Part shown: positions 9,663 to 18,932 of the stretch, in pieces | How the letters are laid out: every line of letters begins with the position of its first letter | Numbering within the stretch: position 1 is the stretch's first letter | DNA from: a virus | Taxonomy: Duplodnaviria > Caudoviricetes | IMG/VR virus record: IMGVR_UViG_3300027833_000058 | Span: 1 to 58,612 of that record | Length of the DNA: 58,612 nt | Reading direction: 5' to 3' (one strand) | Position numbers and translations under genes: made by a program | The notes under the pieces: model-generated | The model's input: the letters and a program-made list of their open reading frames with translations, nothing else | What the model was told of the DNA's origin: nothing | The model's database searches: none

Positions 9663-9886
9663 TAGATGGCAAACATTAATAAGAGTGCTACTAAGAATGC
9701 AAAGATTCCTAATGCTTCTGCAAATGCAACTCCTACAAACATTGTGCCAGTATCTGGCTTCTTAGGCATTACCTTTAGTACACTACCTACAATTATTCCT
9801 ACGCCGATGGCTGCGCCACCCATACCAATTGTTGCTAACCCTGCGCCAATTAAGGCACCCATTGTTGCTATATCACCTGTAATCAT
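9662..9886 (-). CDS. atpE: F0 ATP synthase subunit c homolog with divergent loop
   Basis: [16 protein letters not shown] Gly-rich helix; [22 protein letters not shown] with the proton-binding Glu. Confidence 0.9.
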   Translation of the reverse strand: MITGDIATMGALIGAGLATIGMGGAAIGVGIIVGSVLKVMPKKPDTGTMFVGVAFAEALGIFAFLVALLLMFAI

Positions 9887-10092
9887 TATTTGCTCTCCAC
9901 CATTAATCTTCTTGCTTCTTCTACATACCCTTGACGGTATAACTCACTAGCAGCTCTTGCTCGACCTGCTGATTCACCAAACGCCCATAGGAACATTCCT
10001 GTTGCTACGATTGCTTTACTTAATATTTTTAAAGTTGTTTTTAAAGTTGTTTTTAAAGGATTGCTTACATATTCTGCATTTGCTAATTCCAT
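9886..10092 (-). CDS. Hypothetical protein
   Basis: Coupled ORF in operon; [15 protein letters not shown] motif. Confidence 0.6.
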   Translation of the reverse strand: MELANAEYVSNPLKTTLKTTLKILSKAIVATGMFLWAFGESAGRARAASELYRQGYVEEARRLMVESK

Positions 10093-10370
10093 TATACGAA
10101 ACCTCTTAAGTTAGGATTCCTACGTACTGGAGATCTATCACGAAGATTATTATCTTCCCAAGTATCATTAGCAATAGAACGAATATCACCACGGCTAATG
10201 CCGATGTCGTTGAGTTCTCTGTCTGTTAGTTTGTGGAGGGATTTAAATGTTTCGCGCTGTTCTTTCCATTTAGCAATTGCTGCTGAACGATTTTCAAAGA
10301 ACATTACAACCTTGTAGGCTGCAACTGCGAGAATGGATGACTGTGATGAAATGTTGTTAATGTGTAACAC
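10092..10370 (-). CDS. DUF1127 (YjiS-like) small protein
   Basis: L.KLTDRELNDIGISRGDI signature. Confidence 0.85.
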   Translation of the reverse strand: MLHINNISSQSSILAVAAYKVVMFFENRSAAIAKWKEQRETFKSLHKLTDRELNDIGISRGDIRSIANDTWEDNNLRDRSPVRRNPNLRGFV

Positions 10371-10532
10371 GGAATTCCCTTTCCTAATAAATGTTTCATT
10401 GTTTTACAATAATATTTATTTAAGAAATAGGTAACTAAGGGTTACTCATTTTATATAGCCGGTAGTCACCTACGGAATATGTGACAAAGTGTCAATTTGA
10501 CATTTAAGAATATCCATTAACCTTAGTTATTT

Positions 10533-10724
10533 TTATTCATCTGGATCATCTAAATCTGGATACTGATCAGGGAATTGTTCTTTATGTGCTGCAAGCATTA
10601 ATGCCTCAGTATCAAACTCCTGTACAGTAGCGTCATCACGATACGATACAACATTAGATTCACTTAATGAAATTGCTCCATCGTTGATAATAAAATAGCC
10701 TTCTGTTTTAGTTAATATAGCCAT
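10533..10724 (-). CDS. Hypothetical protein, probable start at ATG 10724
   Basis: ATG overlaps the stop of the upstream gene. Confidence 0.55.
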   Translation of the reverse strand: MAILTKTEGYFIINDGAISLSESNVVSYRDDATVQEFDTEALMLAAHKEQFPDQYPDLDDPDE

Positions 10725-12412
10725 TACGCTGTTCCTCCATCTGAAATTGTCCATCCGTCTGTACTAATTAGATTAGCTCTTGCTGCTTCTGCAGCACCAC
10801 CTGCGGTGTATTGACTGTACCCAAAGTGAGCAGACAGACCATCAAATGGATCCTGAGCATCCCAGTTGATTAAAAGTGCATCATAACGTGCGGTGGGTAA
10901 TGTTACACTACTCATAAAGATATTCAAAGCATAGGTACTGTTAAGGGCTTCAATATTAAAGTTCTCAACGCCATTGATATCTGTGAGACTGGAGCAAGAT
11001 GTGAACATCATTGACATATTTGTAACAGATGATGTATTAAAACTACTTACATTGAGTGATGTGAGACCGGAGCAAACCATAAACATTTGACTTATATTTG
11101 TAACAGATGATGTATTAAAACCACTCACATCGAGTGATGTAAGACTTCGACAATTATAAAACATCACGCTCATATCTGCAACACTTGATGTATTAAAACC
11201 ACTCACATCGAGTGATGTAAGACTTCGACACTGTGTAAACATCCTGCTCATAGTTATAACTGATGAGGTATCAAAATTACTTACATCGAGTGATGTGAGA
11301 CTGAAGCAATTATAAAACATATTATTGAAATGGGTAGCAGATGATGTATTAAAGTTGCTCAAATCAAGAGACGTGAGATCATACATTCGATTAAACATAC
11401 CACCAAATCCAATGCCAGAAACAGATGAGGTATCAAAACTACTTACATCGAGTGATGTGAGACTTCCACAATCATAAAACATGTTGTACATAGTTATAAC
11501 AGATGAGGTATCAAAACTACTTACATCGAGTGATGTTAAATCTTTATTTTCATTGAACATATAGCTCATATCTGTAACAGATGAGGTATCAAAGTTACTC
11601 AAATCAAGCGTTGTTAAATCTCTACAAGCGTGGAACATTCGCAGCATATTTGTAACAGATGAGGTATCAAAACTACTTACATCAAGCGTTGTTAGTTTGA
11701 TCATAACGAACATATAGCTCATATCTGTAACAGATGAGGTATCAAAGTTACTCAAATCAAGCGTTGTTAGTAGATGAGGACCATTGAACATTCCATGCAT
11801 ATTTGTAACAGATGAGGTATCTGTAACACCAACATTAAAGCTAGTCATGTTACCACATGACTTAAATGCGTTTACAAAGCTTTGCCAGCCGACTGTACCA
11901 AGGTTAGTTACTGTGATGACTTTTCCAGCGTTTGTTGAATTGTTACCAAATTTGATATTAGGGAACGTACCACTGATACTGATTGAGTGATCTCCAGCCG
12001 ATGCGTAAGTATGTGCTAGATTAGAATCATTATATGTTGTAACTGTAGATGATGAACCATCACCCCAATCAACAGTTGCGTTAAATGTTCCTACATTGTC
12101 ACAAGGTATGGTAAATGTCTCGCTGGCTGCTGTAGTCCTAACGGTCATGTCAAATGATGTACTTACATCATCCTCATCACCTCTTGCGTCCCAAAAGGAT
12201 TTACTTAATTCACCTCTGCTTGTATCAGCAGTATCACCAACTCTACGAACTTTAATATAAGTTAGTTGAACACTACCACCGGTAGGTGTAAATGTTCTAA
12301 TACCTGATACACATGATCCGTTTGCACCAACACAATCTGCTGACGTGGCCATATCATCATATTCCCAATCAGGGCTATTTGGAATTGCTACCCATGTCAT
12401 TATTTCATCCAC
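10724..12412 (-). CDS. BspA/DUF285-type leucine-rich-repeat protein with PKD-like domain
   Basis: VDWGDG PKD motif; about 11 repeats of LTSLDVSSFDTSSVTxMxxMF. Confidence 0.85.
   Translation of the reverse strand: MDEIMTWVAIPNSPDWEYDDMATSADCVGANGSCVSGIRTFTPTGGSVQLTYIKVRRVGDTADTSRGELSKSFWDARGDEDDVSTSFDMTVRTTAASETFTIPCDNVGTFNATVDWGDGSSSTVTTYNDSNLAHTYASAGDHSISISGTFPNIKFGNNSTNAGKVITVTNLGTVGWQSFVNAFKSCGNMTSFNVGVTDTSSVTNMHGMFNGPHLLTTLDLSNFDTSSVTDMSYMFVMIKLTTLDVSSFDTSSVTNMLRMFHACRDLTTLDLSNFDTSSVTDMSYMFNENKDLTSLDVSSFDTSSVITMYNMFYDCGSLTSLDVSSFDTSSVSGIGFGGMFNRMYDLTSLDLSNFNTSSATHFNNMFYNCFSLTSLDVSNFDTSSVITMSRMFTQCRSLTSLDVSGFNTSSVADMSVMFYNCRSLTSLDVSGFNTSSVTNISQMFMVCSGLTSLNVSSFNTSSVTNMSMMFTSCSSLTDINGVENFNIEALNSTYALNIFMSSVTLPTARYDALLINWDAQDPFDGLSAHFGYSQYTAGGAAEAARANLISTDGWTISDGGTA
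10990..11830. repeat. Tandem coding repeats of about 75-78 bp (LRR units)
   Basis: Recurrent gtaacagatgaggtatcaaa and catcgagtgatgt blocks. Confidence 0.85.
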
Positions 12413-13635
12413 CCTTTAATGTATTTGTCTGAAAAGTTTGCGTTACTAAATTCAAGTCTATCAATTAATTTAACTGCGTTCTTACCCATCTTATCGATAG
12501 CAACAAATCCTTCTTGGGATGTTACTTGGTAACCGTCTGCAGTTCTAAGTAGTGTGCCAACTTGCTTTGCTTTATCTAATTTTTGAATTACTTTATGTTT
12601 AGCATCAATGATTAGATTATATAATTCGAATACTGCTACTAATTGAGCAGGTTTTGTTTTTCTAAAATATTCTAACGTAGCATCTCTTTTACCACGTTGT
12701 GCTACTTTACCTTTTTCAGATTTACGTTTCTCTTCTTCGTTCTTATAGAATCGAGTAATGTAGTTCTGTAAATCTCTTACGAATGCTTTTGGATTCTTAA
12801 TTCTTTCGCCAGCACGGATTTTAGTGTTAACGAATACTTTTGTTTTTGCAAGAGTATCTGGTTCTAATGCAATACCGTCAAGTGTTTCTTTACGGATTGT
12901 TCTAAATAATTTACCAGCAGAAGATAGAATCTTGTTAAGCTCTTCTGTTTCTTTCTTTGTAAAGTTTGCTGTACCTGATATATCTTGGTAAGATGCGTCT
13001 ACTGACCAGACCGATTTTGTTCTCTTAAGATCAGAAGCAATCTCCTCTCCAAAACTTGCAGACATTTCTTCAAAGCTTGATCCTCTGTAGACTGTGTGCC
13101 ATACCACACCGACCTTGGATCCGAGAATTTGTTTGCCGAGTTCTGAGTTCTTAGGTACCGCGTAAACAATCGTATTAGGATGGAAAGTAATGTGCGGTTC
13201 ACCTTCAATATCCACCACCTTGAGATCAGCCTTATCATATAAAAAATCACCTTGTACTACGCCCTTGATACCGAGTTTTGAAAACTCAGCCAGTGCTAGC
13301 TTTAATTTAGAATTTAAACTATCTTTGCCTACTGTATCAGCATCGATATCTGCATTAGTCTTATATACCATTGGGTTCTTATTAAAGATACCCTTCTTAG
13401 CAACGAAGAACTTACCATCTGATGGATCAGTTCCACAAAATATAGCAGGAGCTCCGTCCCATTTAACCGAAACATTAACTTTGGATTTAGCAGTGCCGGC
13501 TAACATATCTCTCAACGAACGTAAGAAATTGATAGCGTCTCTTGTGCCATTTACACCGTGATTCAATATAGAATCTTCAAGATGTTCCATATGCGTGTTT
13601 TTATTTTCAGTAATATACTGTTTGAAGCCGTGCAT
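12400..13635 (-). CDS. Conserved T4-like protein (DUF6267-like) with ligase-type nucleotidyltransferase motifs
   Basis: KNTHMEHLED, KWDGAPA, QGDF, EGFV, VKLIDR; capsid-targeting-like N-terminus MHGFKQYITE. Confidence 0.7.
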   Translation of the reverse strand: MHGFKQYITENKNTHMEHLEDSILNHGVNGTRDAINFLRSLRDMLAGTAKSKVNVSVKWDGAPAIFCGTDPSDGKFFVAKKGIFNKNPMVYKTNADIDADTVGKDSLNSKLKLALAEFSKLGIKGVVQGDFLYDKADLKVVDIEGEPHITFHPNTIVYAVPKNSELGKQILGSKVGVVWHTVYRGSSFEEMSASFGEEIASDLKRTKSVWSVDASYQDISGTANFTKKETEELNKILSSAGKLFRTIRKETLDGIALEPDTLAKTKVFVNTKIRAGERIKNPKAFVRDLQNYITRFYKNEEEKRKSEKGKVAQRGKRDATLEYFRKTKPAQLVAVFELYNLIIDAKHKVIQKLDKAKQVGTLLRTADGYQVTSQEGFVAIDKMGKNAVKLIDRLEFSNANFSDKYIKGWMK

Positions 13636-14961
13636 TTAATTAGTTACCTTCATTTTAAAACCTAACTTATTCTTAGCTGCATATCCTGCCCAACCAAATT
13701 GGAAGTCAGCATCTTTAAAGTAGTTATGTTTAATCTTAATTGCTGTTTTTGATACGTTAACATTAACCTGTATTAACGTAACCTGTCTTGCCACTCTTGT
13801 AAGTGAATCTTGAATCGCTTTATCGGCGTTTAAAACTTTCCATATGTTTTCTCCTAATGGTGATAACACAAGTCTTAAAGCATCATTCTCGTCATTCTTA
13901 ATTCTATCTGTAAGAACCGTATTCATTGAGCGCCAAAATGGTTCTAGTTTTCTTATAAGATCTTCACGTGGTGTATTATCAGTAAAGTTTAGTACAGTAT
14001 CCAAATTAATATTTGGAACTCTTACACCCATAATTCCAGCAAGTAATCTTACCGGCTCTGTATCCATATATTTATGGAGTTCAAACATCTGCTCTTTCAT
14101 AGGGTATTTATTAACGATATTAAATATGGCCAATGATGGTTCACTAGCCATATCGCTTCTATCAGCAGATTTAGCCCTACGCTGAATTGCATCAATAATG
14201 TTTTGTATAGTAACTTTACCGCCACCGCCAGATTTTACTGATATTGGATATTTGATTCCAAAGCGAATTGCATAGAAGTCAATAAGTCTTTCGTTACTTG
14301 CTTTTGGAAAATGAGCTTCTTTAAATCTTAAGTTAGATATAGTCCAAATAGCAGAAAGTATTTCACCAAAGTCTGCAGATACTTTTGCAAGATCTTTAAC
14401 AGAAAAATTGTTTTCGTTTCGTATATCGTTACCAGCACCTGCTGCTCGCCACATCATATCATTAAGTTGTTTAGCAGTTGCAGGATCGTATTTCCTACGT
14501 AGTTGTCCACCAACAGTTTGAATTATATTCGGTATAGTAAGAGTCTTACCGGCAATGCCTAAATTATCTGGTGATAACGCTTTGTTAGCAAACAGTTGTG
14601 CTCCTTTAACAGAAGCTGAAGGAGCATTGTTTACCCAAGGTATTGATGAGCCACGTGGTAGCTTTGGAGATAATTGTTTAGTAGCAACTAATAGAACAGT
14701 AGGATACTTATCAGAAATTGGTGTAGGCGAGTACTCACGTACTTCGATGCCATACTTCTTTAGAAGTTTTCTATGTTCAGCCTCGTCACCTGGAACAGGA
14801 AAACGAATGTGAAAGGCACCTCTTGAAGACTGTGTAAACTTAATCTGCGGGAAAGACCTACGAATATAAGCTTTGAATTCTATTTGCTGCTGTCTCAACG
14901 TAGCCTCTATTAAATAAGATGTAAATGATTGCACTTGCAATATTCCTGCGTTAATTACCAT
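13636..14961 (-). CDS. Hypothetical protein, possibly PD-(D/E)XK nuclease fold; start may be the GTG of VQSFTSYLIE
   Basis: DFGE...LIDF...ISVKS pattern; late promoter at 14969-14976. Confidence 0.5.
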   Translation of the reverse strand: MVINAGILQVQSFTSYLIEATLRQQQIEFKAYIRRSFPQIKFTQSSRGAFHIRFPVPGDEAEHRKLLKKYGIEVREYSPTPISDKYPTVLLVATKQLSPKLPRGSSIPWVNNAPSASVKGAQLFANKALSPDNLGIAGKTLTIPNIIQTVGGQLRRKYDPATAKQLNDMMWRAAGAGNDIRNENNFSVKDLAKVSADFGEILSAIWTISNLRFKEAHFPKASNERLIDFYAIRFGIKYPISVKSGGGGKVTIQNIIDAIQRRAKSADRSDMASEPSLAIFNIVNKYPMKEQMFELHKYMDTEPVRLLAGIMGVRVPNINLDTVLNFTDNTPREDLIRKLEPFWRSMNTVLTDRIKNDENDALRLVLSPLGENIWKVLNADKAIQDSLTRVARQVTLIQVNVNVSKTAIKIKHNYFKDADFQFGWAGYAAKNKLGFKMKVTN

Positions 14962-14968
14962 TTAACCT

Positions 14969-14976
14969 TATTTATA
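14969..14976 (-). promoter_or_regulatory. Late promoter TATAAATA
   Basis: Exact motif. Confidence 0.7.
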
Positions 14977-14980
14977 AAGC

Positions 14981-16402
14981 CTATGAAATACCACCTGCAC
15001 TAAACATTGTCTTCTTACTACTACCTTGGCCAAATGCTGTTTTGTCAAATGCTGCACCGTCATTAGATGGAGCAAAAGATGCAGTGTTAGCCGCACTTGT
15101 ACCACCAATACCACGTTGAGCACTTTCTTCAAGATCAAAGATTTGCATTTTAGATCGATCGATACCAACTACAAACCTACGATAATAACCAAGATCACCC
15201 CAACGATTTTTAAGTTGTTTGATCATTAACTGACCAAGATTGTCAAGTTCTTCAGTAGTTACAAGACCTAAGATACAATCGGCGGTGTGAGTAATACCCA
15301 TAGACTCAGAAGTATTTGTAAGATCTACATCTGAATTGCCATAACCATCACGGTTGAACTGAGATGATGAAACAACTGCACAATTATATTCCATAGCAAG
15401 ACCACGAATTTCTTCAGCAATAGATTTTACTAGAGTATAACTGTTTGCGGCTGCTGCACCTTTAATACGAGATGATGCACAAATATTAAGATAATCAATA
15501 AAGATTACGTCAGGAGTAAAGTTCTTCTTAAGTTTTAATTCATTAAGTAAGTGTCGGAAGTGACCAGCATGTGCAGAACCAGTAGGATATTCTTTAATGA
15601 CTAATTGACCAGTACACTTTGATTTGATACGATCCATACGTTTTTGATATACATCGCGTGGTAACAATTTCAATTCATCGAGTGTAACATCCATCATATT
15701 AGCATCAATACGCTCGGCTACACGTTCTTCAGCCATTTCCATAGTAATATAGAGGCAGTTCTTACCGGTCATTAGATAGCTTGCAGCAGCATGGCATTTA
15801 ACAAGAGATTTACCGCCACCTGTAGTAGCTAGCAATACTGTTAATGATTTACGAGGCAAACCACCTTTGGTAACTTTGTTGAGAAGATCAATATCGAACG
15901 GCATGCGTTCTTCTTTACGGTGGTAAAAATCATAACGATCAGCCGAGTCTTCAATGAAATCGTGACCTACCGAGCTATCAAAACTGATACCTAAAGAATC
16001 AGACAACAAATTTGGAATTGAACCCTTATCATTATCTTTGTCTTCACCATCCATAATTAGAATGGCTTTACGAATAGAATTAAATAAATCTTTATCTTGA
16101 CAGAACTTTTCAGTTTCTTTTACGAGAAAATCGAAGTTAGTATCATCATCACGTTGAAGATCATCAACCGTACCCATAACATTTTTATATGAGTCTTCGT
16201 TTAGATCTTTGCGTTTATCGAGAGATATTTTAAGAGCTTCGATTGAAGGAGGAGCTTTGTATTGCTCAACATATTCAGAATACGTCGAGAATATTTTCTT
16301 ATATGATTGATCATCAAAATACTCATCCTTAATGTAAGGATATACTTTGCGATAATATTCTTCATTAAATATAAGATTTGATAGTACAGTTGTTTCGATC
16401 AT
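14981..16402 (-). CDS. 41: Replicative DNA helicase, T4 gp41 / DnaB-like
   Basis: ATTGGGKS Walker A, MEMAEE, KEYPT, IDYLNI, KQLKNR. Confidence 0.95.
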   Translation of the reverse strand: MIETTVLSNLIFNEEYYRKVYPYIKDEYFDDQSYKKIFSTYSEYVEQYKAPPSIEALKISLDKRKDLNEDSYKNVMGTVDDLQRDDDTNFDFLVKETEKFCQDKDLFNSIRKAILIMDGEDKDNDKGSIPNLLSDSLGISFDSSVGHDFIEDSADRYDFYHRKEERMPFDIDLLNKVTKGGLPRKSLTVLLATTGGGKSLVKCHAAASYLMTGKNCLYITMEMAEERVAERIDANMMDVTLDELKLLPRDVYQKRMDRIKSKCTGQLVIKEYPTGSAHAGHFRHLLNELKLKKNFTPDVIFIDYLNICASSRIKGAAAANSYTLVKSIAEEIRGLAMEYNCAVVSSSQFNRDGYGNSDVDLTNTSESMGITHTADCILGLVTTEELDNLGQLMIKQLKNRWGDLGYYRRFVVGIDRSKMQIFDLEESAQRGIGGTSAANTASFAPSNDGAAFDKTAFGQGSSKKTMFSAGGIS

Positions 16403-16501
16403 TTAAATATCCAGTGTTTAAGTTGAAAACTGGCGAGAAACCCCGCCAGTCTTTTCAATTATTAAGTATATAATAACATACATTATATAGATTGTCAACT
16501 A

Positions 16502-17599
16502 TTAACTTGCAATCGCTGCATCATCGTTATCATCAATGACATCGTCAAGCTCTTCAACTGTGTCTTCTCGCATGATCGCGCCAGATGCACCAATAGTGTA
16601 AGCATTCTTGATATAGGTACTGAAGTCAGTTTTCTCAAACATCATCATCCAGAAGTCTTTGCTGTTTTGTACTTCCTTAGCACGCATTAACTTTTCAGAT
16701 AGAACTTCACCTGTTGCAGGATTAATAGCTTCATACCAACCAACTTTAGGCTTAGTAAGATAACCACCTTTCTCAGCAATATCCATCAATCCAGACCACT
16801 TAACAATGCCACCTTCCCAAGATACCGAGACTGGAATCTTAGACTTCTCTTTAACATGTCGAGATTTCTCAACGTTAATAATGAAGTGATAGCCTTGAAT
16901 TTCAGTACCAACCTTATCTTGTTGACGACCAATAATCCAGATAGCATCTGCTGAGTAGTAAATACCTGTACCACCAGAAACAACAGCCTTAGGGAACAAT
17001 CCAATTTCTTGATATGTGTGGTTAACAGCAATCAATGGAATATCTTTAAGGTTTAGATGTGGTGTTACAATACGGAACAGAGATTTAAGAGCCTTAGCTC
17101 GTGACATATCTGCTACTGATTTACCGTCGAGTGCGTCAGCAACTTCTTTCTTAGAAGCAAGGTTACCAATTGAATCAATAACAATAATTACTTTTTCAGC
17201 CTTAGTAATACTATCTAACTGATGGGCAATATCAAACTTAAGTTCTTCAACATTAGTAATTGGTGTATGAACTACGCGATCCATATCAATACCAAAGCTT
17301 TCGAAGTAAGCCTGAGGTGTACCAAATTCTGCATCATAGAATAACAATACAGCATCTTTGTTTTTTTGCATATAAGCACCTGCCATCAACAATGCGAATG
17401 CTGATTTAAAGTGCTTTGATGGACCTGCCAAGACGAGTAGTCCTGGAGAAACACCACCGTCAATACGACCCGATAGTGCAACGTTTACCATTGGCACATT
17501 AGTTGGTGCCATATCTTTTTTACCGTACACTTTAGATTCCATTAATGGTGCTGACATCTTAATTGTACTGTTTTTCACCAGCCTGTCTAATAGACTCAT
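16502..17599 (-). CDS. uvsX: RecA-like recombinase UvsX
   Basis: AGPSKHFKS, FYDAEFG, DSIGNLASKKE, DMSRAK. Confidence 0.95.
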   Translation of the reverse strand: MSLLDRLVKNSTIKMSAPLMESKVYGKKDMAPTNVPMVNVALSGRIDGGVSPGLLVLAGPSKHFKSAFALLMAGAYMQKNKDAVLLFYDAEFGTPQAYFESFGIDMDRVVHTPITNVEELKFDIAHQLDSITKAEKVIIVIDSIGNLASKKEVADALDGKSVADMSRAKALKSLFRIVTPHLNLKDIPLIAVNHTYQEIGLFPKAVVSGGTGIYYSADAIWIIGRQQDKVGTEIQGYHFIINVEKSRHVKEKSKIPVSVSWEGGIVKWSGLMDIAEKGGYLTKPKVGWYEAINPATGEVLSEKLMRAKEVQNSKDFWMMMFEKTDFSTYIKNAYTIGASGAIMREDTVEELDDVIDDNDDAAIAS

Positions 17600-17600
17600 A

Positions 17601-17927
17601 TCAATCTCCTTCTACGATTGTTAACAATTTAGCTTTATATCCCTGAATTTTAGTAACTCGGTCTGGCCAGTAAATTGTTGATTTATCTGGGTTCTTACAT
17701 AGATTATCTAAGAACGGTGTTATAGATTTGTAAAGGAGTTCCAACCTATATTCAAGGTCGTCAGCAGCGAGCTTTTGATCATTCAATTGATCTTGAATGG
17801 TCGCCTTCTCACTGCTAACTTTTTGAATAGCATCTTTGGCTTCAGCTTCTTTCTCTTGAATTTCTTCATCGATAAAGCTGAAACCAAAGTCAAAGTCTAG
17901 AACTTCTTCATAGACTTTGTTAGCCAT
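17601..17927 (-). CDS. Conserved hypothetical phage protein
   Basis: DFDFGFS...P.L.NL.KNPDK.TIYWPDR; operonic. Confidence 0.65.
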   Translation of the reverse strand: MANKVYEEVLDFDFGFSFIDEEIQEKEAEAKDAIQKVSSEKATIQDQLNDQKLAADDLEYRLELLYKSITPFLDNLCKNPDKSTIYWPDRVTKIQGYKAKLLTIVEGD

Positions 17928-18849
17928 TCGCTAGCTCCTTAAAGATTGATAGATCGTCGTCATCATCATCCATTGATAGAGATGTTGATGTTGGCGCTGG
18001 CATTGCTTCTGTTAGCGTTGGCTGTGGTGCTGCAGCTGTTGCATTACCCATAGAGCTTAGATCAAATTCATTATCTTGCTCTGCCGTAGCAGGTGTAGAA
18101 GCTTCTTCATCTAGCGCTAGTACACGATAGAGTTTCGCTTTCAATTCAGCATAAGACTTGAAGTTCTTTGGATCTACTAAATCTTGCAGTTTGTGTTCTG
18201 CATTGTAGATCTTTTCCAACTCTGCATCATCTTCTGATACTGCCGATGGGCCATCAAATTCTGATTTATCATAGTTAGGATAACCTTCAAACTTACGAAT
18301 TTTCAAACGGAAGTTAGCACCTTCCCATAGATCGAATGGGTTTACTGGAGTTTCATCTTCAAACTGAGGATTCATTAGATCATTCAATTTATCGAAGATT
18401 TTCTTACCAAACTGGTACATAAAGACTTTACCATCATTATCTGAGTTGGCTGAGTCTTTAACAACTAGTACGTTGGCAAAATATTTCAAGCGACGCTTTT
18501 GCTTACGTGCGAGTTCTTTATCAGATTCGAGACCTGAGTTCCACAACTTGCCGTTGTATTCCGAGACTGGATCGTCTTGGTTAATAGTAGTAAGGGAGTT
18601 TTCGATGTACCATTGTCCTGTTGGACCTTGGAAACCGTGATCCCATACGCGTACAAAAGGCATTTCTTCACCTTGTGCTGCTGGAAGGAAACGAATGATT
18701 GCAAAACCGTTACCTGCTTTATCGCGGGTTGGCTTCCACATTTTACCTTCATTGGGATCTGAGTAGCTCTTTTGAGTAATCTTTTCGAGCTGTGAGTTCA
18801 ATTTGTTTAAAGAACTTGAACGATTCTTTTTGAGTGCGTCAAATGACAT
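17920..18849 (-). CDS. 32: Single-stranded DNA-binding protein gp32
   Basis: DKAGNG.A.IRFLP, HGFQG..WYIENS, NYDKSEF, acidic tail. Confidence 0.95.
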   Translation of the reverse strand: MSFDALKKNRSSSLNKLNSQLEKITQKSYSDPNEGKMWKPTRDKAGNGFAIIRFLPAAQGEEMPFVRVWDHGFQGPTGQWYIENSLTTINQDDPVSEYNGKLWNSGLESDKELARKQKRRLKYFANVLVVKDSANSDNDGKVFMYQFGKKIFDKLNDLMNPQFEDETPVNPFDLWEGANFRLKIRKFEGYPNYDKSEFDGPSAVSEDDAELEKIYNAEHKLQDLVDPKNFKSYAELKAKLYRVLALDEEASTPATAEQDNEFDLSSMGNATAAAPQPTLTEAMPAPTSTSLSMDDDDDDLSIFKELANG

Positions 18850-18932
18850 ATGTACTTCTCCTAGTTTTGCTGTATATAGCGATTGTTTATATTGCGATGT
18901 ATGTGCAGGTTTGTACCTACCATCTATTTATA

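Noticed and set aside
10028-10057. 12-bp tandem duplication (TTLK twice); similar short duplications near 2821-2865 and 54820-54900
   Set aside because: Ordinary in-frame slippage in linkers with no sign of a system
10480-10503. TGACA/TGTCA palindromes as an FnrL/CRP box for the atpE-pseudoazurin cassette
   Set aside because: Spacing does not match TTGAT-N4-ATCAA or TGTGA-N6-TCACA; may simply be -35 hexamers
10990-11830. Regular repeats suggesting a CRISPR array or DGR template/variable pair
   Set aside because: In-frame LRR coding units with no unique spacers, cas genes or reverse transcriptase in the window
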